Shown here piece after piece: positions 19,193 through 31,760 of a stretch of 64,000 nt of DNA. Origin of the DNA: a virus (taxonomy: Duplodnaviria > Caudoviricetes). Position 1 is the stretch's first letter; each line of letters begins with the position of its first letter. The notes under the pieces are model-generated. The model was not told where the DNA came from. It worked only from the letters and a program-made list of their open reading frames with translations, and made no database searches. The stretch is taken from positions 6,459 through 70,458 of the IMG/VR virus record IMGVR_UViG_3300028832_000007; one strand, 5' to 3'. A program made the translations under genes and the position numbers.

Positions 19193-22100
19193 CTAATCCT
19201 CCCACCAGGCATAGATTGCACCATAAGGACCACGAAAGCAGCCAGTCTCTCCGGATACGCCACTGCTTGCGAGTTTCGCATCAGCGATTTCCGAAAGTCT
19301 ATCGCAGACACAGGTCGATGTGTAGAAAGGCTCACCGGACCTCTTCGCGGCGGCATAAGCCTCAGCCTTTGTTCTGAATAATACTCTCTGTACTTTCATG
19401 GCTCAAAAGATTTTAATCCAATACTCTCGAGACGAGATGAAGCGCGTGAGGCACTGGTTGAATGTTTCCTCGAATTCATCGGGTTCGTAGATAGCAATGA
19501 AGGAATCTTCCTCCATGATATTCACCTCGCGGCTAACCTCCGCCTTGATTTCTTCCTCGGACTTCTCGAAGAGTCCGTTGTATCCCTCCCATTCCTTAGG
19601 GAGAAGGTCCCATCTGCCAATATAGATTTTTTCCATAATAATCTTAATCTTGATATTCCAAGTATTCTTCTTCAGATAAGCATTCAACGACAAAGTCTTC
19701 TGTTTCATAAACATCTCCGGGGAAGGCGTCGTCGTCAGCCCATCCGTCGAGCTCGAGTGCGTAAGGTACATCAGTCAGAGGATGTGGTTTCATCCCCACG
19801 ATGTCCTCGATTTTGTTGTACATAATCTGGCTCCCTCGTGGGGCCATAAAGATGTCAACCCAGCCGTCCTTGCGGGTCTTGTCGATTAGTTTGAAGTACA
19901 TTACTTTTTCTTTTGTGATTTTACAATCGTGACTTTCTTGCCGGCCTTGACAAGAATCTCGACAGCCTTCCAGGTATCGGTGTTCATCTGATCCGCGAAG
20001 AAGTGAAAGTTATCGGCACCTCTGTAGCAGTCATCCTTCATTGCACGCGTGAGGTGTCCGGTGTCACACCAGAACCCGATGAGCTGCGCCATTGGGGTTC
20101 CCTTCTTTATTTTTTCGCCGAATTCCTCGTAGTCCTCCTTGGCCTTGTAGAAATACATGTCTGCCCACAGGTTGACATTGGCGTGACACATCCAGTTCTT
20201 GAACTTCCTTTCCGGCTCGTCCTTCCTTTTTTCGGTCTTAGTATAGTAACCGATACAATTTACTCTGAGTGACATAATTATTTTGCTGTTCCTGTGTATA
20301 TAACGTTAATAATAATCTCATTGTTCGGAAGGACTTTGAATGACGTAACATCAAACAAGGCATATCCGAAGTCGTCATACGGGGCGGAAATAGTAAAGTC
20401 TAAGCGACTCTTACGAATCAACGCCTCGGCTTCTGCTTTAAGGTTCTTTTCCACAGATGCCGCTTCTTCGTCGCCTTCAAAAGTCCTGCGAAACTCCTTA
20501 TAGTTGGTGATCCAGATTCTTTTTAGTTTCATATCCTTATAAGATTAGATGTAAATTGTTTTTTCCATAATCCGGTACATGCTATAGATATCTATCGTCA
20601 ACGACACGCATACCGGCCTTCAGGCTACCGTAGATTGCGAGATAGCGTTCCGATTCGGCACCATCACACGCCAGCGCTCCCTCGAGAAAAAAATCCATCG
20701 CCTCCTGACGACGCCAGACCTTCGTTTTACCGTAGCAGGTCACTTCGACCTTATCATTTACTCTTTTTGGCATAGTTAATCCTCCGCTTTAGGGAATACA
20801 AAACGTCTTGAACAATATCCAATATGGAGCGTTGTGCCTTTCGGCACGACCGTCACTGTCGGGTCCGTCGATATTGTAAGATTGGTTGGCATTCCAAACT
20901 CTTCAATATAGCGTAACTCCTTAACGAGAGGGATGTCTTTTACATTGACATAGAATTTGTCCTTGTAGAAAACACATGCATTGAGCTCATTGATTGCGTG
21001 CTGCAATTCGTCAAGAGTCATCTGGTCCGCGCCTCCGTAATACCAAGACTTGCCTACGCCCTTGACTCGGCTGTCTACCCAAACCAAATTTGCCATAACC
21101 TTGTCCTTTTATTCGTTAATCTCTTTTTCCTCTATGGTTGTCTTCAACCGGCTTTTGTTCCAATACTGCTTAATGAACAGCCGCTTGGCCTTTTCCCTGG
21201 CCTCCGCCGGGGTATTAGCCGCGATATTGAAGAACGTTTCCTGCTCGCCATATGATTCCACATAGACGGTGAATAGATACTTTTTCTTTGCCATGCTTTA
21301 TCCCTCCACTGCTAAAAGGTTGAACACGTTGAACTGACGCCACCACTGGGCCTCGATGTCGAAGTAATCGACCTTGGTCGGGTCCTCCGGCTTAGAGTCT
21401 CCCTTGGGCGCCCACAGGCTCCCATCCTTGAGTATCATAAGGTCACGGCGGAGGGTGCCCACGGCCTCACGAACCGTTCCGTCCTTCTTCTTGTACTGAA
21501 ACTTGATTGCCTGCTCCAGCATCTTCTCCTGGAGTAGCATGATCTCGTCGGCCTTGATCCCGTCAACGCCGAGCTTTATAAGTTCATCTCGTGTCTTCAT
21601 ATTCTTACTGTGTTATTTCGATTCCTTTGGCAAGAAGGAAGCCCTCTATTCTGGCTTTCTCCTTGCCGAATGTCACCTCCCCGTACCAGGGAGCCCATGT
21701 AGCTTCCAGCATCTTACCTGTCTTCGGGTGAATGGTGATTTCCACTGTAAATGCGTCGATCGTGTCAGGACGCATATTCGCCGGCGTGAAACGATGCGTG
21801 ACCTCCCCCGAGATATCCGTAAAGAGCAGCGCTCTATGGACCTTGAGCATCCATTCATATGCGGCCATAAATTCTTCTTTCTTCTGTTTAATATCCATGA
21901 TTTTACCTCCTTCCGAATTTGTCTATGTAACTTTTCCATTGCGAAGCGGTATCGAACGTTATCCATTGTCCGTTGATCTCGCTCTTGTATTTATTCCCCC
22001 ATTCATAGAGGATGATACCCTTGTATTTCAGTAATTCCATTTTCATCCCATAGCCTCCGTTATATAACCTATCTGACTATCGAGCGCGTCATAAGCCCCG

Positions 22101-23942
22101 TCGAGTTCAGAAGCGATATCGTCGAGTTCGTCTATCTTTTCTTCCACGTCCGAGGCCGCATCAGACTCCTGCCATCTTTCCGAATGGCTGTCAAAGAATT
22201 CTTGCAGAGCGGTCTTATTCTCCTCTACCAGCTCCTTTGCGGCCTGTATCTTTCCCTGTGCGACGCGCAGGGACATGTTTGCCCTTTCCAGATTCTTTCT
22301 TAATTCTTTCTTCATCTCTTTTGATTTTTTCCTGCCAGGTCTCGCCGGTCCTGGCATAGTGAACATCCATTATCTGCTGGGCGATAAGACAGCAGACGAT
22401 ATATAACATTACGATGACAAAGAATATCTCCGCCACGGTTTCGATTACTCCAGTTTCCATAACAACATGTTTCTACTGCTTTTCGGCAGCTTCTGTGCAT
22501 CTTTTACTTCAAGGATGATATCCGGCTCATATTTGGCCAGGAAATCCTTGATATCGCAATTAAACGACGAGTATCGGAACAGATACGTCCCTTCCTTGAT
22601 CTCCCCCTCTATCAATTTCGCCTCCCCCATCCTTTCTTTCAGGAATGTTTCTGGGAAAGCCTCGTCGACAAGGGTTATGTCAATAAGCTGGCCGTAATCC
22701 AGTAACTCGGAGTTCTTCTTTATCTCCCTGAGTAGGTCTATCGCTTTCATCTTAATTCGAATTGATAGTTAAACATTTTCTTTTCCTTGTCCGAGAGGTC
22801 TCCCATATCCTCGCCGTCGGGGTCGAACACCTCTCCCTTGAAACACTCGCAGGAGACCTCGCCTTCTGTCCAGGACTCAGAATCGTAAGTAGCGTGATGG
22901 TAGCGACACCACCCCCTGACTTCAAAGTGCAGGCGCAAGAACCAGCCGGCGTCCTCAAACTCTAGCATCAGATCCCGGTCCTCGATATCATCGTCATAAG
23001 GATTGCCGCTGAAATCCTCCTCCTTGAGGCGGTCCCCGACATAGTCGGCCATTTTGTTAATAAATTCTTCCCTGTTCATAACTTTTTATACTACAAAAAT
23101 TATACCTGCCAGAGCCTATTCGTTTAGCTTTTTGTATAACACATCCGCTATCCTGCCAGCTCCGTCGGCCAGCTCGTTAAAGGCGTCATATGCTTCCTTC
23201 TCCACGAGTTTCGTGTAGTCGAATTCGTCTACCGCACTCCGCACCTTATCCTCGATTCGTGACTTATTGGCTTGCACGGCTTCGTCCAGTATCTTCTGCC
23301 CTTCCGATTTTCCGGAGAGATAGCTCTCGGTATGAAAGATATGATACTTAAGATTGTCGGAACGGAGGAAGAAGCTTTCCAGGTTCTCGACGATTCTCCC
23401 CTTGTAGTTAGGAATGAGCGTGTCAACGTCTTTTGACAGTGCATTGTAAGCGATGTTCGAGAGAACTCTTTCTACGTTCTCACTTTTCATGAATAGACTT
23501 TTGGTCGCAACGAGAAACGCTTCTCTTACAACCCCTTTCTGCTCCTCTTCTGAGAGGTAGTCATTTACATTAATTGTCAGTTCCATTTGTATTTACATGT
23601 TAAAATATTCCACTTAAAAACGATATCCATACCGGCGTTTTGCTTCCTCAGAACTCGCTTAGCGAGAGCTATGGCCGTATCCTTGTTACTCCGGCGGGCC
23701 TGCAGGTCAGAAAACCCGCCGTTCATAGTGTAGACGAAGTAAAGCGGGCCATCAAAATCGCTCCGCTTCTTCTTGTCAACCTCGGCCAGAACCTGGCCAG
23801 TCTCCTTTACGCTGAACTCCCAATACTTTCCGTTGGGGTGCCTGCATTCAGTGATGATGATTGTTTTTTCCATGTCAGTGCGCTTCAAAAAGTATCGTAT
23901 CGCCCTTGCCGGCGGTCCAGCATCCTTTGCCTGCTTCTGCAC
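19193..23942 (-). CDS. Cluster of ~17 small early-type hypothetical genes, many acidic
   Basis: Back-to-back 60-160-aa ORFs with coupled stops/starts; no recognisable catalytic motifs. Confidence 0.65.
21298..21600 (-). CDS. SH3-fold / DUF2693 (WYL_2-like) protein
   Basis: IKFQYKKKDGTVREAVGTL...DYFDIEAQWWRQF. Confidence 0.7.
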   Translation of the reverse strand: MKTRDELIKLGVDGIKADEIMLLQEKMLEQAIKFQYKKKDGTVREAVGTLRRDLMILKDGSLWAPKGDSKPEDPTKVDYFDIEAQWWRQFNVFNLLAVEG

Positions 23943-24603
23943 ATTCAGCGCAGTTGGACGGGCACCAGAACTGGCGGTCCGTCACATGTTCTCCCATTGT
24001 GCCGTCCTTCCATACCGGACTCGATACCGGCAGATTGTACGGGTTCTTCATGGAAAGCCCGCGCCAATCCGAGAAGATGACATGCAGGTTGCGGGGGATC
24101 TCGTTTCCCTTGTCCAGCCAGTGATTTACAAGGTTAAACATTTTTGTGAATACAAGGAACTCGCATGTCGGAGTCCTGCGTGCGATGTCCACGATGTGCT
24201 CCCAGTACCAGAAGCTGATGATTTCGCCACCACAATGCCAGCGGAAGTAACGCAGGAACTGGACCTGCAGGTAAATCTCGTGGAAGTACCGTTCCATATC
24301 ATCGTGCAGGATTGCGCTGTTGTTGGCCCGCATCTTCCGTGTCTCGTTGTAGCAACAGCAATTGCGGATGTCGTAGCAGCCCTTCTTGCAGTGCTCGCAG
24401 TTCGGACAGTCTGCGATTGGTATGAGGCTCACGCTCGGGACTAGAGCAGTCGTCTTGCGGTTGCCGTAACTGAGCTTGACATGAAGCTTCGATGCGTCCA
24501 GACTTTCCCTGAGTTCAACCATCTTGGCGACCCGTGCGTTGATAGTCTCGTCCTTGAATTCCGCATACTGATGCTTGCCGGTTAATGATTTATGTGATGC
24601 CAT
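23875..24603 (-). CDS. GP88-like Cys-rich (radical-SAM-related) protein
   Basis: GNRKT...SLIP..DCPNCEHCKKGCY, FRWHCGGEI, FLVFTK, N-L-H-V-I-F-S, CPSNCAEC..CW. Confidence 0.7.
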   Translation of the reverse strand: MASHKSLTGKHQYAEFKDETINARVAKMVELRESLDASKLHVKLSYGNRKTTALVPSVSLIPIADCPNCEHCKKGCYDIRNCCCYNETRKMRANNSAILHDDMERYFHEIYLQVQFLRYFRWHCGGEIISFWYWEHIVDIARRTPTCEFLVFTKMFNLVNHWLDKGNEIPRNLHVIFSDWRGLSMKNPYNLPVSSPVWKDGTMGEHVTDRQFWCPSNCAECAEAGKGCWTAGKGDTILFEAH

Positions 24604-24605
24604 AA

Positions 24606-26762
24606 TCAAATCAAATCGTAAGTTGGTTTATTGATTTCGTATTCTTCGGCTCTGATAACGATATCGTCGTAATCGCAGTCTCCGTAGTGTAATTCGGCAT
24701 AGCCATTGTGGTGGTTCTCGGTGTTATGAATGCCTGCCGAGTAATACTCCTCAAACATCTCCTCATCTTCGATGAACGCCTCGTCTACTCTTGCTACAGC
24801 ATCGCCAAACTCTTCATAAACCCCAAGAATGATGAAACTATCGTCATCTGCAGTGTGACGAACACGCGTCACAACCCATACTTTCTTTGCCATAACTATT
24901 CTCCTATTACTTGTTTAACAAAATCACTCCTGAGGTACAATACGAGCACCCAGTAGCCGCCGTCCAGCAACTCATCGTTGTAGTCGGCCTCGAAGTCGCA
25001 GCCGTCCAGGAGAGCCTGCATGCCGTACGGGTTGTCTTCCTCATCAGTCTCAATGTCGTAGAGCTTTACGCCCCACTTATCCCTGTTTTCCCACAACTGC
25101 TTGAATGCGTCCTCGTGGGAGCAGCAGTCAAAGGAGTGTCTTTCGGGCTGTCCATCCCCAGGATAGCCAACCTCCCAAAATGCTAAGATTGTCATGGTCT
25201 ATTCAGTTTTGATTAGTTCTGTATGCGTGTTCTCGAACTCTGTCGGGTCGTCTTCATACTCCCCGTTGTTGTAGCGGTCCTGGGCGATCATGCTTGCATC
25301 GTCCTCATTGTCCGCCTCTACTGTGATGTCCACCCAGCTGCGGTAGTGGAATCGGTAAGTGTATTTTGCCATAACTATAATACTATTTGATATCCATAAC
25401 ACCAGTGCCCGTCTGAAAGACCGAACACGCAGTGCTCAATGCTTTTCACATCAATCTCATTCACCATCGTTCCGTACTTTTGACCCGGAGCGCGGCAGAG
25501 TTCAACCCATTTAATCTTTGCCTGTTTTGGAGTATCCGCACCCCAACCTCCACGATAGGTTACGGTATCTCCAATCTTAATAGTTTCCATTGTCTACTCG
25601 GTTATTGTCCCAACACTTCACATCTTGTAATTTCCACTTCATAATGCGTATGGCTCCATCCTTCAGCCATGCTATACAGACAGAAGTAATCCGGCTTGTT
25701 CTTGTCAATCTTCATATCTTCGTCCGAATCTTCCATGTAATCGGAAATAGCCTCCTCCTTAGCACCGCTGAGGGACTTCCTCGCATCATCCAGATTCGAG
25801 AACACATACGGCTCGTGATCGAATTGCTCGAAATCAGAGACCTCATTAATTGTAACTACGTAAACTTCCATAACTATTCTTCGTCTATAAATTCCACTCT
25901 CATCCCCACGATCTCTCCATTGGTGTTCTTGCTGATGTAAAGGTCATAAAGTCCTTTGCCGTATCCGCTCGCCGAAACAACGCCCTTATTGTCAATAGCC
26001 CCCCAACGCTTACTCAAACCTTTAGAGTCTAGAGTTATATCGCAGATCCTGCGGTACCAGCTATCGTCTGGTCGATGCTCTTTATAGTAGTCGAAATCAA
26101 AGAATCCACACTGACGGCTATCGACGCCAATGCTGCCCGACTCGAACTTAGATATTTCGCCTTCCGGATAATCCTCGTGACGGGCAATCAGTTCTGCTAT
26201 ATAGCCTTCTTTAGTTCTTTTCACCTCTACTCCCCATACTCCTGGAAGAACATTCGACAGCTCTTTCTGACACCATATCCCGACCTCATAACAAGGATCA
26301 GAGACGATTACTTTCTTTCCTAAAATTATTTTTTCCATTGTTAGTCCTCCTTTCGTGTTACTTTGAAATGTTCACAGGCTTCGTAGAGAGCGTCAGAGAA
26401 AAGGTCGTCGAAATAGTTTCCGACATACGATGCGATTTTCTCCATCAGAATATCTGGAATGTTGTCCCCATTAAACCCGAGATTGTTGATAACGTCGCGA
26501 TCAACATCCATGATCACGAAAATTTCCTTCTTGTGCTTCATAATATGATAAATTAAAACATATCGGGATTACTCATGTAAATCTCGTATTCTATAACTTT
26601 CTTGCGAGCTTCTTCCGGATCCGCAAAAGCGGATTGAAATCTACGCTTATCCCTTCTAGGGTTGGCGGCATATTTACCCCTTCCGTCCCTATCTTTCTTT
26701 GCGATAAGGTGACATGGAATAATCTCGTAATTATGCACCGCCCAAAATACCTGTCGGGCCAT
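24606..26762 (-). CDS. Cluster of small acidic hypothetical genes (24606-24893, 24896-25195, 25199-25372, 25375-25590, 25602-25871, 25874-26338 with SDPCY motif, 26341-26541, 26553-26762)
   Basis: Contiguous coupled ORFs with high D/E content. Confidence 0.65.
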
Positions 26763-26764
26763 GA

Positions 26765-26959
26765 CTAATTCAACTCTATCTTCACATTCATTCCCAGTGC
26801 ATCGGCCCACTGGTATAGCCTTTTCAGTGTCAGTCCTCCGTGGCCATTCTCTATCTCGCTCAGACGAGCACGCTCCGTGCCCATCAGCTTGGATAGCCCT
26901 CCCAAAGAGATGCCCTTCCTCAGGCGCTCCTCTTTTAAACGCTCTACTATATCTTCCAT
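26765..26959 (-). CDS. XRE-family helix-turn-helix regulator
   Basis: RLKEERLRKGISLGGLSKLMGTERARLSEIENG..GLTLKRL..WADALG. Confidence 0.85.
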   Translation of the reverse strand: MEDIVERLKEERLRKGISLGGLSKLMGTERARLSEIENGHGGLTLKRLYQWADALGMNVKIELN

Positions 26960-26974
26960 GTCGTATATACACTT

Positions 26975-27493
26975 TCAATATTCAATTATCTCCGCTTTTT
27001 TTACTCTATTTTTGGGAACATAGTAGAAGCTTCCGGCGATCAGTAGCCACCAGGTCTTAAACTGACACCCTGGCGCCATCTTGATGACGGTCCGGCTTGT
27101 TCCGTCCTTCAGTTCCACTTTAAGTTTGGCGCCCACCGGCGCATCCTTCAGCGTCGTGTCCTTCTTGTTGGCACGGCACTTCTCGCGCCACTCGATCGCG
27201 TACTTGTTATCAGTCGGACTCAACGCATCCAGGACCGACTTGGGGCACTCGCATTTGTAAGGCCCGCACTCTTCGTCCATGAACTTCATTCCGAAGTTGC
27301 AGTACCCGGCCCTGTCAATGTGCGTAAGAATAATGGCCGCTCCGACCTTACCGTCATGCGGGCTCTTGACCGCTGCATAGTAAGTCGTGCCTACAACTGC
27401 GTCCCTTACTACCTCGTAGCCGTTGCCGATTTGCCTTCTGCAGATAGCCCTTCTATCGTAAGGCGCTACCTCATGATGATAATCCCATCCCAT
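26975..27493 (-). CDS. DUF6927-like protein
   Basis: GTTYYAAV...AAIILT...FGMKFMDEECGPY.CECP.SVLDALSPT..YAIEWR.KCR. Confidence 0.65.
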   Translation of the reverse strand: MGWDYHHEVAPYDRRAICRRQIGNGYEVVRDAVVGTTYYAAVKSPHDGKVGAAIILTHIDRAGYCNFGMKFMDEECGPYKCECPKSVLDALSPTDNKYAIEWREKCRANKKDTTLKDAPVGAKLKVELKDGTSRTVIKMAPGCQFKTWWLLIAGSFYYVPKNRVKKAEIIEY

Positions 27494-27495
27494 TG

Positions 27496-28017
27496 CTATT
27501 CTCCTTCTTTCATGAATTTGTTTATCCGGTCGTAGACGGCCTGAAAGAACTCGTCATGCACTCCGTCGATGTACCGCAACGGCACCGAGTCGAAATACTT
27601 GCTCAGGTCTGATTTCCAGCCGATCACGTCTCCTGCAGTCGAGCATATCCTCCTGCTTACCTCCTGCACGACCCGGCCACATCCTACACCCTTCTGATAA
27701 GACTTGCACCTCGGATGTATCATGTCCGGGCACAGCTCGAACAGCAGGTCATTGACTATGCTGAGCACAATCCGGTCGATCGGCTCATTGACATAGACCG
27801 TACGGAATTCCCCCGGCGTATCCTTCGGAATCCGTGCCGTGTGTGGCGGAGATATCTGATACCGCCCGTCCTTCATCTGCTGATAGATGTACGCTCGCAC
27901 CTCAGGCTTGGCAAGCTGATACAGCTGGTCTCGCCGCACATCCTTACCGATACCCTTGGAGATGGCATACGTCCATCGGTCAAGGTCGAAGAACATTGTT
28001 AATAACTTGTCTTCCAT
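27496..28017 (-). pseudogene. Reverse transcriptase, N-terminal half only (motifs 0-3; no YxDD)
   Basis: PPHTARIPK..GEFRTVYVNEPIDRIVL (motifs 1-2), IHPRCKSYQKGVG (2a), WKSDLSKYFDSV (3); then an unrelated 20-aa tail and stop. Confidence 0.85.
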
Positions 28018-28026
28018 AATATGTTT

Positions 28027-30890
28027 TTACTTTATGTATTTCACAATTTCAGATGTCGGTATATACCAGCCGTCATATATCATGCAACGGCCCAACCTTA
28101 CATCCGGATCATCATCGTACTTTATAAGGCAATCCCCGGACAGCTTCGTGCCAGCCGATGCCCTGCGCCAGCATATTTCTGCAACCATTTTTCTTACCTC
28201 CCGTCGATAACTTTCCAATCCACTACGCGAACATCAGTCTCGCCCAGCTTCTGATCAGTGACTGTGAACGCCAGGCCACTAACGACCGTGTCCCCCTTGA
28301 CATATTCAGGGTTGGCCGCATCTACGTGATACATCACACCATCAATATTCACATCTCCCTCAAACCCTATTTCAAACAATTCCTGCTCCGTAAGCGGTTC
28401 TTCATCGAAATACAGGGACTCTACGTATATGTGCCCGTTAAAGCTCAACGTGAGCTCTATTTCATTTATTCCTTTCATGTTAAACCCATTCTATTGAATT
28501 ATACGTGCAACCTTCAAAGTCGGTGTGCACACCGCGATGTATTTTTGCATGCTCCTTCATGTAATCCCGCTGGTCGCGGAATATCTCCAGAGCCCTCTTC
28601 TTGCCTAAAGACTCGGCGTACGGCAATCCATACATTCCCCAGGAACTTGTCTTCTCATCGTAAAAGTCGTACTCGGTCCCGTAGCAGATGCAGGCCATCA
28701 CCATCTCCCGACACCATAACTCATCTTCCTCCCTGCGCATCTCGTCCGTAAAAAACGGCCACAGCTCGCTAAGACCGCCGTCCTCACCGCGTATCTCAGC
28801 GGCTCTCTTTGCCAGGTCTCTTTTGGCCTGTGCAATCATTTTGTCTGTCATAATTCTTCGTCTAAATAGTCCCAGAACAAGGCCGTCTCCAGAAACTCTG
28901 TCGTTATGTCTTCCGGAGCCATGCCGTCCTCTATCAGGCCGTTAATGATATGCTCAGGCACCTCCCGGCCGAATGCGTAATACTTTTTTATACCCATATG
29001 ATTTCGTCAACTACTTCATCGAGATCCAAGCCCAGGAAGTCAACTCCGTTGTCCACACACCACTCCTCGATGGTATCTGATATGTCGTCAAACAACGCAT
29101 GATTCGCTACCTCCAGCGGACAGTGCATGACACCCATCATACTCAGCGCCAACTGGATGCGCTCCTCATAAAATTCCACATTATCCCGCACATAGGCGGC
29201 AATGTCCCTAATTCGCTTTGTCATAATCTTAAACTTTTAGTTCAAACTCAGAACATCTGCACGCATAGGCTTCCGGACGGACAGCATAGAAATATCCCTG
29301 CCTGCCGGCGATAGTCTTCGGCTTCAGTTCGCAATGATGGTTAACCCACCACTGGTCCTGCATCGTCAATTTACCCTCATGGCAATGGACGCAATCCGCA
29401 CACCTCGGGCCGGCATACCTCACCTGCCTCTTGATAATCTGCACTCTACGCCCTTTATCAACAATCTTCGCCCGGCACTCGGGCACGATCTTGTATGTCC
29501 CTTCCGTCAGTTCCATGTCGCTACTCTACATAAAAATCCCTGACAAATCCGCCCTTAAACCGAGCACACAGCTCTGCCCATTCAGGCTTTATCAGCTGCT
29601 GGCCGTTTCTACTCAGACATACCGGATACAGACCGCCTGGAACATGCGTAAAGCACTCGCCCGGCTCACAGTCTCTATATCCGACCGAAAAGTAAAGGTT
29701 TACCGGCTCAACCTGCTCACCCTTATCATTCACATAGTAAAGGTCCCCAACCATTTGAGGACCTGACTTATTCACACCTTCGCACTTATCGAGTAATGCC
29801 ATAAGCTCTTTTCTATGCTGCTCGAGCATCTCTTCCCATGTACTCATAACTCGTCCGCCTCCTGGATAATTTCCTCTGCTACCATGATACGGTCGCCTGA
29901 CTCAACAATTCGGAATCCGTCAGCCTTCATGGAAAAGAGGTTCAGTTTACTACTCAGGCTCTTTACCATTTGACTCTCTGCAAGATGCTCGGCCGTTACA
30001 GGTTTACCTAAGCGTTTTCTTTTTTGGATGCACCGGGCAGCTGCCTGGAACTGCTCATAAATTCCATATTCCTGCACGTTCAGCAGGTACACGTGAATCA
30101 AATCGTTGCGTTCAGAATGCTTATTCGTGTCCATAACTCTCTATTTAAGTAAAAACCTCTCCTTGAACAAATCAAGCTTATTCTCGTTATCAATCTCGTC
30201 TGCCTTTTCCTGATACGTGTAATGAGTCCACTCCACCCTGTCCTGTCGTGTCATGATGTTCCCAACAAACTCAGATACGGTCAGCGATATACTCCAGTAT
30301 GCTTCTTCCGTTCCATACACCTTCAGGTCAGTGAATCCGTTCACTTTGCCACAGAGACTATTCTGTATCTGCTGGAACTCGGCCAGCACTTGCTTTTTTG
30401 TCTTCATGTCATTCATTGTTTACTCGGTTATACAATGTAGTCGTGTGCGTGTCCGTTCAACTGCCAGAACCCGCACTTGTTCCTGAATATCCACCGATAA
30501 GCCGTTGAAAACTTAATCGGCCTGACTTCATAGTTGTTCCATACGCCCATCAACTCGCGGGCTGCTTGCTTTCTATTCATCACTCAACCCCTCCACCTTC
30601 CAGAACCACACCTCACGGTCATCGGTATCGAATTTTTCAGCATCGTTCCGCACGATAACCACGTCGCACGGATGGTTTATATCGAACGGATGAATCTTGC
30701 TCGCAGTACACTCCCACACGGTGAGGTATATAGCATCTTTCTCTATTGTTCCAGCCTTGATACGGAAATCGCCGAACGTTTGTTTCAGCCAATCGTTGAC
30801 CAGACGCGACCCGTCCCAACTTACCAACCCGCCACACTCGGCCAAGCTACTATCTTGGAGCATATTCTTGATTATCTCTATCGCTTTCAT
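28027..30890 (-). CDS. Cluster of small early hypothetical genes (incl. 28027-28218, 28194-28478, 28480-28851, 28988-29224, 29229-29516, 29521-29847, 29844-30134, 30141-30416, 30428-30580, 30573-30890)
   Basis: Contiguous coupled ORFs. Confidence 0.65.
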
Positions 30891-30894
30891 AACT

Positions 30895-31760
30895 CTATGC
30901 GTTTATCAATATTTTACTTAGTTCGATATCATCTTCGTTGTTTGTGATTCTATACCACCCGCTTCTCCTTGTAAAAAATTCTCCGGCACATTTTGCTCTT
31001 TCCTCAGTAGGTCTTTCCTCAACCCTTGTGATGATGTTCATCTTGTCATAAATGATTGCTGCGTACATATCTCTTTATATTTTTCGTTGTCCTTACGCCT
31101 CGCCCTATAATAGCAGACGGCACCAGGTCCCCCCAATGCCGCACGTCACTTACTTCGCCGCCTCCCTCTCCATCCGCTCAAGCTTCCACCCCTCAACATA
31201 ACTCTCCAGCGGGCCCACGTCGTACCGCTGACACAACCATACGAACCGTATCCGCCCGTATCCCTCGCCGAACCGCAACACCAGGCGGTCCAGCACCAGC
31301 TGTAACCTCGCACTACGCATACCTCTCCCCCTCCAGCTGCTCCTGAACCCTCTCCACGTGCTCCCTCCACTGGCGTTCAACATACCTCGGACTGACCAGC
31401 CCGACAATCCATAACAATGCCTTCTTCGCCCAGGCTACTCTGCTTCGCCTCAGACGATTCCTGTACCAGTTGTTCATTTCCTATGCTTTTTTCGTCGTTC
31501 TCTCTTGCGGTCGATCCTCTCAATCAGCCTCTCCTCATCGTCCGCCCACCGCTGACGGGCCAGCCTGTCGCTCGCCCAGTCATACCTCGTGTATTCCCTG
31601 CTCATTCCATCGCCCTTATCAATTCCTCCGGCAAGCCGTCCACGGCCGCCATTATCGCACCCATGCTCCATGACGAGCAGGCGAGCCTCTTCAATATGAG
31701 CTGACTCGCCTCGGCCGTCGACACCTTGTGCCCCAGCCAGTCCTTTACTATGTCGTCCAT
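30895..31760 (-). CDS. Chain of five microproteins (30895-31068, 31150-31320, 31313-31477, 31474-31605, 31602-31760)
   Basis: 43-57-aa ORFs, three junctions being overlapping stop/start pairs (TAATG, ATGA). Confidence 0.6.

Noticed and set aside
26553-26978. 141-aa ORF as annotated in the track
   Set aside because: Its 5' half overlaps a clear XRE HTH gene in another frame; the real gene probably starts at 26762.
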